A stretch of DNA of 28,488 bases from NCBI GenBank assembly GCA_037441385.1, contig JBBISH010000088.1, forward strand, positions 1-28,488, written 5' to 3'. A program made the position numbers and the translations under genes. Below are positions 9,135-18,712 of the stretch, in pieces. Source of the stretch: Myxococcales bacterium. Its GTDB lineage: Bacteria > Myxococcota_A > UBA9042. The notes beneath the pieces are model-generated. The model was not told the DNA's origin, did not search any database, and saw nothing but the letters and a program-made list of their open reading frames with translations. Each line of letters opens with the position of its first letter. Position 1 is the first letter of the stretch.

Positions 9135-9266
9135 TGCACCCCACCTGAATCACGCCTGTACGGCCTCCCTGTTCTGCTCTGCAACCGGCGAGAATCAGGC
9201 GAGGACCCCGCCGCGGGCCCGAAGAATTGGCGCAGTTGGCGATCCAATTCAGACAGTTTCCGCATG
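9132..9266 (+). mobile_element. MITE-like repeat family A, copy 1
   Basis: Ungapped match to the reverse complement of 28363-28488, including the exact 24-mer TCTGCAACCGGCGAGAATCAGGCG; lies between convergent genes. Confidence 0.75.
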
Positions 9267-9629
9267 ATCTGCGGGAGTGTGGCGCTGGCCGATCGAGCCG
9301 CGTTGCCACGGCCAGCGCCCCTCCATTTCCAGCTGCAGCGTCCAGCCCAAGAACGTGCGGATCGCGACGATCCCCGCCAACACCGCGATATTGCCCAGGG
9401 TGGGCGCCACGGCCACCGTGCGCACCACGTCGGCCGCGACCAACACCTCTAGACCTAGCAGCAGCGTCCGGGCGGTGGCATGACGGAAGTCGATGTACGC
9501 GCTAGAACTCTTGCGGGCCAGTGCCAGCAGGTAGCGCAGGGTGCCGGCCGCCATGCCCACGGCGATGACGCCCACGCCAAGCAATTCGCCGCCTTCGCTG
9601 ACTGCCTGGATGATGGCGCTGGAGTTCAT
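9249..9629 (-). CDS. DUF1622 family membrane protein
   Basis: ARTLLLGLEVLVAADVVRTV...IRTFLGWTLQLEMEGRWPWQ signature. Confidence 0.88.
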   Translation of the reverse strand: MNSSAIIQAVSEGGELLGVGVIAVGMAAGTLRYLLALARKSSSAYIDFRHATARTLLLGLEVLVAADVVRTVAVAPTLGNIAVLAGIVAIRTFLGWTLQLEMEGRWPWQRGSIGQRHTPADHAETV

Positions 9630-9771
9630 GGGCGCCTCGCACGCTACACCTCCAAGGCAAGCACGGCCGCGCGCGGTGGCAAGGGCCCAAGACGCCAGCG
9701 CGGGCCATGCGGCGGTTGACCAGGCCGCGGCGCAGCGCTAGGTTCGCAGGCACACCGACACGGGAGTAGCC

Positions 9772-10281
9772 ATGGCCGGCAAGCGCAAGAAACCGCCCCA
9801 GACGCTGCCAACCGCGACGACGCCCGCCGCGGCGATCGCGCAGGCTCTGCTAGAACCCTTTGACTCTTTTGGTATCATCGCCGGAGCGAGCGACCGCTTT
9901 GGCGGCGAGGCACTAGCCTTGGCCGCGGTGGCCAAGCTGGCCGAAGTCGCCTCGGACGACGATCCCAGCACCAGCTCGGGCGTCGCTTTGCTCTTGGCCC
10001 AGACCGGGTTGCCGGGCGAAGCGGCCGCGGCGCTCGACCGCGCCATGGCGCAGGCCATGGCCAAGGGGCTGGCGCCGCACCTGGACTTGCTGCTGCCGGT
10101 GTGCTGCTCGGGCGTAGAGCTGGAGCCGACCTGGCTGGCGCCCCTGGCCCGCGAGCAACGGGCCTTGCTGAGCAAGTTGGTGCGCAACTTGGCGCCGCGG
10201 CTAGAAGAATTGCTGGCGTACCACGGCGGCCAGCGGCCCACGAGTTTGGAGCAAACGCTGCAGTCCATCGGGGGCGACTGA
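9772..10281 (+). CDS. Hypothetical protein (helical, Ala/Leu-rich)
   Basis: GGGAG RBS before ATG, plausible codon usage, fills the gap between genes; no motif recognised. Confidence 0.6.
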   Translation: MAGKRKKPPQTLPTATTPAAAIAQALLEPFDSFGIIAGASDRFGGEALALAAVAKLAEVASDDDPSTSSGVALLLAQTGLPGEAAAALDRAMAQAMAKGLAPHLDLLLPVCCSGVELEPTWLAPLAREQRALLSKLVRNLAPRLEELLAYHGGQRPTSLEQTLQSIGGD

Positions 10282-10413
10282 TACGAATCCCACCTCGTTT
10301 GCGCCTGTGTGGCCTTTCGGCCCGTTCTGCAACTAGCGAAAATCAGGCGGGGAACCCGGTTCGGGCTCGAAAAATTCCCGAGTCTCTCGATCCGATTCGA
10401 ACGGATTCGGCAC
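10280..10413 (+). mobile_element. MITE-like repeat family A, copy 2
   Basis: Core TCTGCAACTAGCGAAAATCAGGCGGGGAACCCGGTTCGGG; inverted ends CGAATCC (10284-10290) and GGATTCG (10403-10409); begins at the TGA of the upstream gene. Confidence 0.75.
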
Positions 10414-10436
10414 GCGTTTTCTGCGCGCCAGCCACG

Positions 10437-11210
10437 CTACTTGCCGGTCAACACGCGCACCCCGTCCCAATCCGCCGGGGGCGCTGCGGCCAGTTCGGCG
10501 GCCCACGCGGCCATGCTGCGGCTGGCCCCATCGTGGGGCGCGGTTGCTTGCGCTTGCTCAAAGAACCCACGGGCGCGGTCGAATTCGCCGTGCCGCAGCA
10601 CCAGCAAGCCATTCGCGTACAACTGTTCCGTGGCTGTGGGCAACGGCGACGGCTGGCTGCGCAAACCGACCACCTGATACAGCACCACAGGTTCGCGCTT
10701 GCCCACCACGCGCAGCGTGTCGAGCTCGCGGAAGCGGATAGCCCCAGGTTCCGCCGCCTCGGCCGCCGCCACCGTCGCCGCCGTGCACACGATTTGGGTG
10801 CTGTAGAGCTTGTTCACGGCCTCGAGCCGCGCCGCCAAATTGACCGTGTCGCCCACCACCGTGTAGTCCTGCGCCTGCTCGCCGCCGATCGAGCCCACGA
10901 TGGCCTCGCCGCTGCTGATGCCGATGCGGACCTGCAGTGGTGGCAGATCGCGGCGCAGCGACAAACGCTCCAGCGCCTGCACTTGCGCCAGGGCCGACCG
11001 GCAGGCGCGGACCGCATGGTCGGGTCGCGGAATCGGCGCTCCAAAGAAGCCCATGCAGTTGTCGCCCATGAACTTGTCGACCGTCCCGCCGGCCCCTACC
11101 GCCCACGCCGCCGCGCCAACAAGGGCGGTGAGCAGCGTCAGCCGCGCGCCAGAGCGCAGCACCGCCCGCCTCAGGCCCGGTCGCACCAGGGTTCGCGCCT
11201 CGATCGACAA
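10437..11210 (-). pseudogene. Class III adenylate cyclase with an apparent in-frame internal deletion
   Basis: TTG start after AAGGAAG; one TM helix joined directly to GGTVDKFMGD; RIGISSG and DYTVVGDTVNLAARLE present, PADWDGV tail; first metal-binding Asp segment absent. Confidence 0.7.
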
Positions 11211-11272
11211 CGTCGGTTCTTCCTTTCGCGACGGCCGCTTGCGCCCCCGCTGGCGCGCGCTCCGGTCCCGGG

Positions 11273-11983
11273 TCAAATGGCGATGGCCCACATCCAGCGG
11301 AACATGCCACTGGCGGCAAATTCTGTGATTCCAGCCACGTAGCCCACGGTGGTCCACAGGCGTCCGTGCGTCCAGCCCAGGCTGGGGCCGGCCAGAACTC
11401 CGCCCCGGACGCCCACGGGCGCCTTGGCAAAGTCGGTGCCAAAAAGCTCAAGGCCAACGCGCAGATCGGGCACCACGGCGTACGAAGCGCCGGCACCGTA
11501 CAGCCCCTGCACACTGCGAACGGCCGCGTCGACTTGGACGCCCGCGTTGGCCATCAAGCGCAGCTTGTCGGTCACATCCCACGACCCGACGAGAGTCAGC
11601 TCGCCAACCAGCGCATCGCGGGCCACCAGGCTCTTGCGCACGGCCGCGCGCAGCAACGGCGACCAGCCACCGCTTTCCACCGGGTCGGGCGACCGCAAAC
11701 GCCAACGCAACTCCGCTCCGTACCAACCGATCCCCACGTGGTCGCGCGCTTGGACCTGGCTCCATTGCAGCGGGATGGCCAGTTCGAGCCGGTCGGTCAC
11801 ACCCACAATGGGCGCCAGCCATACCTCTGTGATGTCGCTGCTTTTGGGATAGATTCGGTCTGTGACCCAGCTCTCGACTTCTACACCGCGCTCGGGAAGC
11901 ACTTCGGCGTCCCACACCCACGTGTGCGGCCGCCGGCCCGCTTGGGCGGTGACTGCGGCCAGGGTGCCGAGCACGACGACCAC
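11273..11983 (-). CDS. Putative outer-membrane beta-barrel protein
   Basis: AQA cleavage site, amphipathic strands rich in W/Y/V, C-terminus FRWMWAIAI; start uncertain. Confidence 0.6.
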   Translation of the reverse strand: MVVVLGTLAAVTAQAGRRPHTWVWDAEVLPERGVEVESWVTDRIYPKSSDITEVWLAPIVGVTDRLELAIPLQWSQVQARDHVGIGWYGAELRWRLRSPDPVESGGWSPLLRAAVRKSLVARDALVGELTLVGSWDVTDKLRLMANAGVQVDAAVRSVQGLYGAGASYAVVPDLRVGLELFGTDFAKAPVGVRGGVLAGPSLGWTHGRLWTTVGYVAGITEFAASGMFRWMWAIAI

Positions 11984-12065
11984 AATATGGATCCACTACC
12001 GCCGCCACCGCAACGCGCCACGGCGGTCGGCGCGGACCACAGACCCGGCCTACTGCGTTGAACGC

Positions 12066-12093
12066 TTGAATCGCTGCCCACTTCCGCCATAAT
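12066..12093 (+). promoter_or_regulatory. Putative sigma70 promoter of the metalloprotease gene
   Basis: TTGAAT-N16-CATAAT; AGGAG RBS before ATG 12139. Confidence 0.45.
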
Positions 12094-12138
12094 CCGGGCG
12101 CCGTTCCCGGCCTGTCGATTCGTGCCCCAGGAGCCTGC

Positions 12139-15100
12139 ATGCCAACCAAGCCCTTCTTGATTCGCTCCATCGCCCTGGCCCTGGCCCTGGCCGCCGCTGC
12201 GCTGCTTGGGGGGTGCGCTGAAGAGCGACCGCCCATCAACCGCGTGCAGGCCAATGCCCTGGCCAAGTCGTTCTTTGTCGGCAATGGGGCTGATCCCAAG
12301 GATGCCCCCGAGTTCTACATGCATGTGTCCGTGGTCGACGTGATGTTCGGCTCGAACTCGGATGGCATCATCTCGAGCGCGGATGGGCAGGCGATGACGC
12401 GGATCCGCTGGGAGATCACAGAGAAAGCGCTCTTGGGCCGCCTCCGCTACGAGCTCGTGCAAGACAGCGACAAGAAGGGGCTGCGGCCCACGGCCGATGG
12501 GCAGATCGTCGCGGCCTACAGCATCGAGAAGCACTTTGACATCCGCCACGACTACAATTCGACCACGGGCGAAGAGACCAACGTGCTCGTAGAAAACGAC
12601 ACGGACCGGCCGTGGAACCAGCGCGAGCACTTCCGCGTCGACTGGTCCAAGAACCTGATCACCGACGCCTATACCCTGGATACCCTTGCGCAAATCGGGA
12701 TTCTGTACGCCGTAGAGTGGGAGCCGCTGGCGTATTACGTCAACGACCCAGCCAGCCCGGATGCGCCCGTTTTCAGCAAGGGCGAGGGCTACTTCGACGT
12801 GACCAACAAGGTGCTGGCCAAGCCCGGCATCGTCGACAGCGAGTGGGGCAAGTTCCCGGCCTGCTGGCTGGTCGGCGCGTTCCCCGAGCAGAGCTGCAAC
12901 CCCACGGAAGTCAAGCTGCGCACTTCGTTCTTGCAGGTGCGCGACACCGACTACGAGCCCGTGGATTGGGACGGCGAGCGCATGGACATCGCGGGCATCT
13001 TTACCCAGGACCGCTTCGGCTTCGAGAAGGGCTACGGCGTGGTCGACGACAAGTGGCACCGCTTTGGCGCCCGCTGGAACTTGTACCAAAAATCACATAC
13101 TTCCACGGTCTGCGGCGTGAGCACCCCCTTTGGCAGCAGCGTCCACCGCGACGACAATGGCGACGGCACCGAGGACGAGTGCGCCAGCGTCGGCCGCGGC
13201 TCGCGCTGCGACGAGTTCAAGCAGAAGTGCACGATCCCCTTGCGCGACCGGGCGATCAAGACCCTGCCGTGGTACGTGAATCCCGGTTTCCCGTCCGAGC
13301 TCTTCGAGGGCACGCGCCAGACGCTGGCCGCCTGGAACGACGCCGTGCGGGTGGGCCTGCTAACGGGGCGCCTGGCCGAGTGCCGCCGCACCGGCGCAGG
13401 CAACTGCGAGACGACGCACGGCTGGCCACAGCCCTGGTCCGACGACTACGTGCCCCCAGTTGGCACTGGAGCTGCGCAAATTCCCAACGTTTTTGTGCTT
13501 TGCCACAACCCGGTGGCGGCTGGCGACGACGCGGTCTGCGGCAAGGCTGGGCTGGCGCCGCGGCTGGGCGACCTGCGCTACAACTTCTTGAACAATATCG
13601 CGGATCCTCAGACTCAGTCGCCGTGGGGGATCATGGTCGACGCCGAAGACCCGCTCAGCGGCGAAAAGATCTCGGGCAGCGTGAACATCTGGGGCGCACG
13701 GACCGACCACGCCGCGGCGCAACTGGCAGATTTGCTCATGCTGCAGCAGGGGTTGCTGGACCCGGCCGAGTACGTCAAGGGCAAGAACCTCGCCGCGTGG
13801 GTCGCACAACTCAAGGAAGGCGGCCCCAGCGCCCACGCGGGTCGACCGATGGCGCAGGCCGAGCTGCAGCGCCACATGCAAGCCTTTGATCCCAAGGCGC
13901 TACTTCCGGTGGTGGGCGACCTGCCCATGCCCGCGGCGCAGCCGGGCGGCAAAGCCATGCACCCAAACCTGGCCCACAAGAAGCGCCTGGAAGCCCTGGC
14001 CAATGCGGGCCGGCTGGGCCCCGGCAACGGCGCGCTGGGCGAACGCTTGCGGCGCTTGAAAGGCGGCAGCGTGGAAGCACAGATGATCAGCCCCGAGATG
14101 GCGCAGTTGGCGGGCTTCAACCCCAAGGCGCCGGCCACGGCGGACACGGTCAAGCAGGCGTCGCCCTTTGGCCTGAAGAACCCGACCATGCAGCGCACGT
14201 TGCACCGGCAAGGGCTGCTGACCCGCGCCCACCACGGCAGCTGCCGCCTGGACCGCAAAGACGTGGAGCCCGACAACCTGATTGGGCTGGGTGCCCTGGC
14301 CAAGAAACTGTTCGGCACGCCCGACGCCAAGGACGCGGCCGCCATCCAGGCTTGGCGCAAGAAGATCTACGATTGGGCGCGCGTGGAGTATACCAAGGGT
14401 GTGCTGGCCCACGAACTGGGGCACTCGATGGGGTTGCGCCACAACTTTGCGGCCAGCTTTGACGCGCTGAACTACGACACCGCCTACTGGCAACTGCGCA
14501 CCCGCAACGGCAGCGTGACTCAGGCCTGCGCCGACGGGACCACCGATGGCACGACCTGCATCGGCCCGCGCTGGCGCGACCCGATCAGCACCGAGGAACT
14601 AGAGAACAACATTGGCATCTACGCCACCACCAGCGTGATGGACTACCCCGGCGACACGGCCCAAGACACGCGCCTTTTGGGCAAGTACGATCGCGCCGCC
14701 ATGCGCCTGGTCTACGGCAACGTCGTCGACGTGTGGGCCGCGCCCAACCTCAGCGTCAAGGGCAAGGGCGCTGGCAAGACCCGTGCACTGAAACTCACGG
14801 CCTTTGCTTCCAATCCGGGCCTGACGGGCGTCTATCAGTTCCCCAGTGGCGACAGCAAAAACCCGTACCTGAACCTGCACTACTCGCGTTATCAGCAGGA
14901 ATTCAGTCTATTGCAGGATTGTGCGCCGTCGAGCGCCCCGGGCGCCGTGCTGGGCCAGAAGTGCGCTGAACAGGCGCTGGACGTGGTGGACTACCGCGAC
15001 ATGAAGCCCTTTGCCGAAGATCCGGACTACGCTCAGTTTTCGTGGGGCAGCACGCCGCGCGCCATCGACGCCAGCGGCCGCGTGCGCCGCGGCTACCTGT

Positions 15101-16458
15101 TCCAGAGCGACGAGTATGCCGACGCCGGCAATGTAACCACCTTTACCGACGATGCCGGCGCCGACGCCTTCGAGATCGTCCGCTTCCTAGAGAGTCAGTA
15201 CGAACTGCGCTACGTGCTGGACAATTTCCGCCGCAACCGCAGTGCCTTCAATTCGGACTCGGTGGTGTCGCGGGTGCAGAGCCGCTACCTGGACCCGATC
15301 CAGGCAATCGCCAAGACGTTTGCTTTTGGGGCGCTGCTGGACGGTGACCCGACTCAGCCGAGCGCAAAGTTCTTGGCCGACGGGGCGTATGGGCCGCTGG
15401 CCCTGGCCTCGAGTACGGCCTTTGAGCTGTTTGCCCGGATGCTGACCCGGCCCGAGCCGGGCTACTACTGCTCGAGCCAGGATTGCTACTTTGTGCAGCA
15501 GCCGGCAGGGGTGACTGGCACGGTCTACGGCGCCGACCTGGACGCGCTGCCCGACGTATATGGCTACAATTTCAACCTACCGTTGGGCGAAGGCCGCTTT
15601 GTGCACAACGACTTCGATTACACCCAAGGCTACTGGTGGGGGGATTACCAAACGCAAGTCGGCGCGTACTATGACAAAGTCTGGGCCACTTACTACTTGG
15701 GCGAGGCGTTTGACAGCTTCATCTCGAACTCCCGCGAGGACTTCATCGACGGCCGCTACAAGAACGTCAACTTTGCCACCGTGTACCCCGAGCAGGTGCG
15801 GCGCTTATACAACGCGCTATTGACTGGCGATATGGACACCTTTGCTCCGCACGCGAGCGGCTTGGACCAGGCAGCCAACAACCCCGCCGCCAGCAAAGTC
15901 CTGTACCCCGATTGGCTGAGTAGCAAGGAAGTTCCTGCATTGCCTTCCAAGACCAAGCTGGTCGACCCCAGCTACGGCTGGAACGAGCGGATCTACGCCA
16001 TGGTCTGGGGCACGATCTTCTTCCCCACCAACTGGTCGTACGATTTTGTCAATCAAGCGCGCCTTGCCGTGGACCCCAACGAGATGCCCGACTGGAAGCC
16101 CAGTGAAGTCCGCACCTTCTATGACCCCAAGAGCGGCATGACCTACCGGGCGCGGTCGACGGGGAGCGAGCTCATCCAAGGCCAGTTGCGTGAGAAGTCC
16201 GCCGGGGCGCGCATGGTCGAGTGGGCCAACCGCTTGCTTGCGTTCGCCTATCTGGTCGAGCGCGATGGCAATGGCGCACCGACCACCGATGCCCAGGGGG
16301 CGCCGATCCTGGTGCTGGACGGCAATGGCAAGCCACAAGCCGACCCCGCCCACCCTGGCGCGGCGGCGCAACTGCAGGCGTACGTGGATCAGATGAACCT
16401 TTTCAAGCAGTTGGTCGATACATTTGGCCAGCCTACCGACGGACTGCCGCAGCCCTAG
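12139..16458 (+). CDS. Large zinc-dependent metalloprotease lipoprotein (metzincin)
   Basis: Lipobox LLGG-C; HELGHSMGLRH (HExxHxxGxxH) and Met-turn TSVMDY; Cys-rich inserts; strong GC3 bias. Confidence 0.85.
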   Translation: MPTKPFLIRSIALALALAAAALLGGCAEERPPINRVQANALAKSFFVGNGADPKDAPEFYMHVSVVDVMFGSNSDGIISSADGQAMTRIRWEITEKALLGRLRYELVQDSDKKGLRPTADGQIVAAYSIEKHFDIRHDYNSTTGEETNVLVENDTDRPWNQREHFRVDWSKNLITDAYTLDTLAQIGILYAVEWEPLAYYVNDPASPDAPVFSKGEGYFDVTNKVLAKPGIVDSEWGKFPACWLVGAFPEQSCNPTEVKLRTSFLQVRDTDYEPVDWDGERMDIAGIFTQDRFGFEKGYGVVDDKWHRFGARWNLYQKSHTSTVCGVSTPFGSSVHRDDNGDGTEDECASVGRGSRCDEFKQKCTIPLRDRAIKTLPWYVNPGFPSELFEGTRQTLAAWNDAVRVGLLTGRLAECRRTGAGNCETTHGWPQPWSDDYVPPVGTGAAQIPNVFVLCHNPVAAGDDAVCGKAGLAPRLGDLRYNFLNNIADPQTQSPWGIMVDAEDPLSGEKISGSVNIWGARTDHAAAQLADLLMLQQGLLDPAEYVKGKNLAAWVAQLKEGGPSAHAGRPMAQAELQRHMQAFDPKALLPVVGDLPMPAAQPGGKAMHPNLAHKKRLEALANAGRLGPGNGALGERLRRLKGGSVEAQMISPEMAQLAGFNPKAPATADTVKQASPFGLKNPTMQRTLHRQGLLTRAHHGSCRLDRKDVEPDNLIGLGALAKKLFGTPDAKDAAAIQAWRKKIYDWARVEYTKGVLAHELGHSMGLRHNFAASFDALNYDTAYWQLRTRNGSVTQACADGTTDGTTCIGPRWRDPISTEELENNIGIYATTSVMDYPGDTAQDTRLLGKYDRAAMRLVYGNVVDVWAAPNLSVKGKGAGKTRALKLTAFASNPGLTGVYQFPSGDSKNPYLNLHYSRYQQEFSLLQDCAPSSAPGAVLGQKCAEQALDVVDYRDMKPFAEDPDYAQFSWGSTPRAIDASGRVRRGYLFQSDEYADAGNVTTFTDDAGADAFEIVRFLESQYELRYVLDNFRRNRSAFNSDSVVSRVQSRYLDPIQAIAKTFAFGALLDGDPTQPSAKFLADGAYGPLALASSTAFELFARMLTRPEPGYYCSSQDCYFVQQPAGVTGTVYGADLDALPDVYGYNFNLPLGEGRFVHNDFDYTQGYWWGDYQTQVGAYYDKVWATYYLGEAFDSFISNSREDFIDGRYKNVNFATVYPEQVRRLYNALLTGDMDTFAPHASGLDQAANNPAASKVLYPDWLSSKEVPALPSKTKLVDPSYGWNERIYAMVWGTIFFPTNWSYDFVNQARLAVDPNEMPDWKPSEVRTFYDPKSGMTYRARSTGSELIQGQLREKSAGARMVEWANRLLAFAYLVERDGNGAPTTDAQGAPILVLDGNGKPQADPAHPGAAAQLQAYVDQMNLFKQLVDTFGQPTDGLPQP

Positions 16459-16700
16459 CCACCGGAGCGCGCTTGCACCCTTTGGCGACTGGCATGGCCC
16501 AGCGGCGTTCGCGCTCCGCCAAGCGACACCGTGCGTGGTGTCCAGAGTCGTCTGGAACGGTGAGCCGACCTCCTTGAACTCCCAGACAGCGGCCGCCGCC
16601 GTGTTGTTGCCCTTGTGCTCCGCAACATTTCTCCGCAGAATCGGCGGCAAGTGCCTGGTCCGAGGCGCTCGCGACCCATCCCCCGCGCAATGGAGTTCGC

Positions 16701-18706
16701 ATGAACGCAGATCGCCGCCGCCATCCGCGGTTCCCGTGCTTGTTGATGGGCGACGTGGCGCCGGTCGGTGGCGCGGCGACCTCGGTGGTCTGCACGAGCA
16801 TCAGTCGCGGTGGCGCGTACTTTTCGTGCAAGGTCAGCCAGCAGCCTGGCGCTGAACTGGTCGCGACGATGCGTTCCCAGGGCAGTGCGGGGCTGGCGAT
16901 CGTGATGGTCGCCGAGGTGATGCGCGTGGTGCCGCGCGGCCAGCCCGAGCCGCCGGGCTTTGGCGTGCGCTGGAAATCGGTCGCCTGCGTCCAGGGCCCC
17001 GAGCCGCTGTTGCAGTTCGTGCGCGAGCAGTTGCGGTGGCCCGATCCGCCGCCGCCCGAAGTGGATCCCACTGGATTGGCGCGGTACTTGGTCAACGCCG
17101 ACGGGGTTTGGATTGGTGCAGGCAAGGCGTCTGCGCCGGCCACTGCCGAGCGGCGCGGCCCAGAGCGCATTTCGCAGGGAACACCCATCGCCCTGGGGGC
17201 TGGCCCCTTGGCCCCGCCGCCTGCCGAGTTCCGCGACCGGCTGCGGTTGCCGTTCCAGAGCGCCGCGGACCCGAGCGCCGCGGACCCGAGCGCAATTCGC
17301 AGGGCGTCGCGCCCCAGCCTGTCGCCACAGCCTTGGCGGCGGGCCAACCGGCGCCCGCGCACTCGCACGGCACCACACCGGGCACTAGGTTGGATGCCGA
17401 GCCGATTGAAGTCGGCTGGGCTGGCCCCAAGTTCGACAGCGGGGCGTGGCCGGACGCCGCCGCCACCGAGCAAGCCCCTCAGGCGCCGCAGGCCGTGTTT
17501 GCCGCCCGCCGCCGCGACCCGTCGCAGCCCTACGAACCACTGCAAGTGGTGGCGCCAACTCCAGTTGCCTGGTCGCCGCCGCCGGCCCCGGATGCCGAGC
17601 GGACCGTGGCGGTGGCGCCGGCGTTGGCTGCGGCCGCCGCAACCGGCTCGGCGGCGCCTCAGTCCCCGGTGGCAGCCACAGGGGCACCAGCCGTGGCGCT
17701 GCCTGGGGCAAGTGCTCGTGCAAGCGGGCAGATGCCGGCAGCCCCCGCCTCGGAGGCGACAGTTGCCTACCAGCGGTCGGCGGCGGCCGGCGCCAGCAAT
17801 CCCAAGGCAGAATCGCACCTGCCCCGGCCGGCCAGCCGCCCCGAGGTAGTGCTGGTGCCTGGTCCCGCCGCGCGACCACGCACGGATTGGCCTGTAGGCG
17901 TGCCGACTTCGCTAGCCAACCGCTACCGGGACCTGCACCACATCGGCCAGGGCGGCAGCGGCGTGGTGTATCGGGCCTTCGACTCGGTGCTAGAGCGACC
18001 GGTGGTGCTCAAGTTCCTGTCGCAGCCGCGCATGACCACCGAAATGGCCCATCGCTATTTCGCTCGCGAGATCAAGGTCGCCGCCAGCTTGAACCACAAC
18101 CACATCGTGCACATCTACGATGCGGGCACGGCCGATGGCGTGCCCTACTACGCCATGGAATTCGTGGATGGCGTCACCTTGAATCAGTACCTGCCAGAGG
18201 GCAAGCCCTTGACCGACATGGCGTTTGTCTACTCGGTCTTTGCCGCCTTGTGCGATGCGTTGGACTATGCTCACGGACTGGGGATCCTGCACCGCGACAT
18301 CAAGCCCGACAATGTGCTGGTGTCGGTCGACGGGCAAATCAAGCTGTTCGACTTTGGTTTGGCCAGGTTGGCCGATCAAGGCTTTGGCGAGAAGTCGGTG
18401 CTGCTGGGCACACCCTACTACATGGCTCCCGAGCAGCTGACCGGTGCCCCTACCGACCACCGCGCCGACATCTACGCGCTGGGCGTGACGCTGTACCGCA
18501 TGCTCACGGGCGTTTTGCCGTTTCGCTCGGGCAACATCTTTGCGGCCCATGTGCTAGAGGCGCCGCCCGACCCGCGCACCTTCAACCCCACGCTGCGGCC
18601 GGGTCTGAGCGAATTGGTGCTGAAGATGCTGGCCAAGCAGCCAGAGGACCGCTTCGACGCTTGCCGGCCGATGGCTCTGCGCATGTGGTCGATTCTGTTC
18701 GAGTAG
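16701..18706 (+). pseudogene. PilZ-domain Hanks-type Ser/Thr kinase split by a single frameshift near 17190-17257
   Basis: PilZ motifs RRRHPR and SISRGG in the 16701 frame (GGAG RBS); kinase motifs IGQGGSG, VLK, HRDIKPDN, DFGLA, GTPYYMAPE, DIYALG in the frame ending at 18706. Confidence 0.75.
17258..17293 (+). repeat. 15-bp tandem repeat (about 2.4 copies)
   Basis: GAGCGCCGCGGACCC x2 plus GAGCGC, encoding ERRGP-ERRGP-ER in the kinase frame. Confidence 0.85.
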
Positions 18707-18712
18707 TTCGGC

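Noticed and set aside
9132..10413. Family A repeats as integron attC sites
   Set aside because: No RYYYAAC/GTTRRRY boxes, mixed gene orientations, no integrase
17258..17293. 15-bp tandem repeat as the cause of the kinase frameshift or phase variation
   Set aside because: Unit length is a multiple of 3, so copy number cannot change the frame
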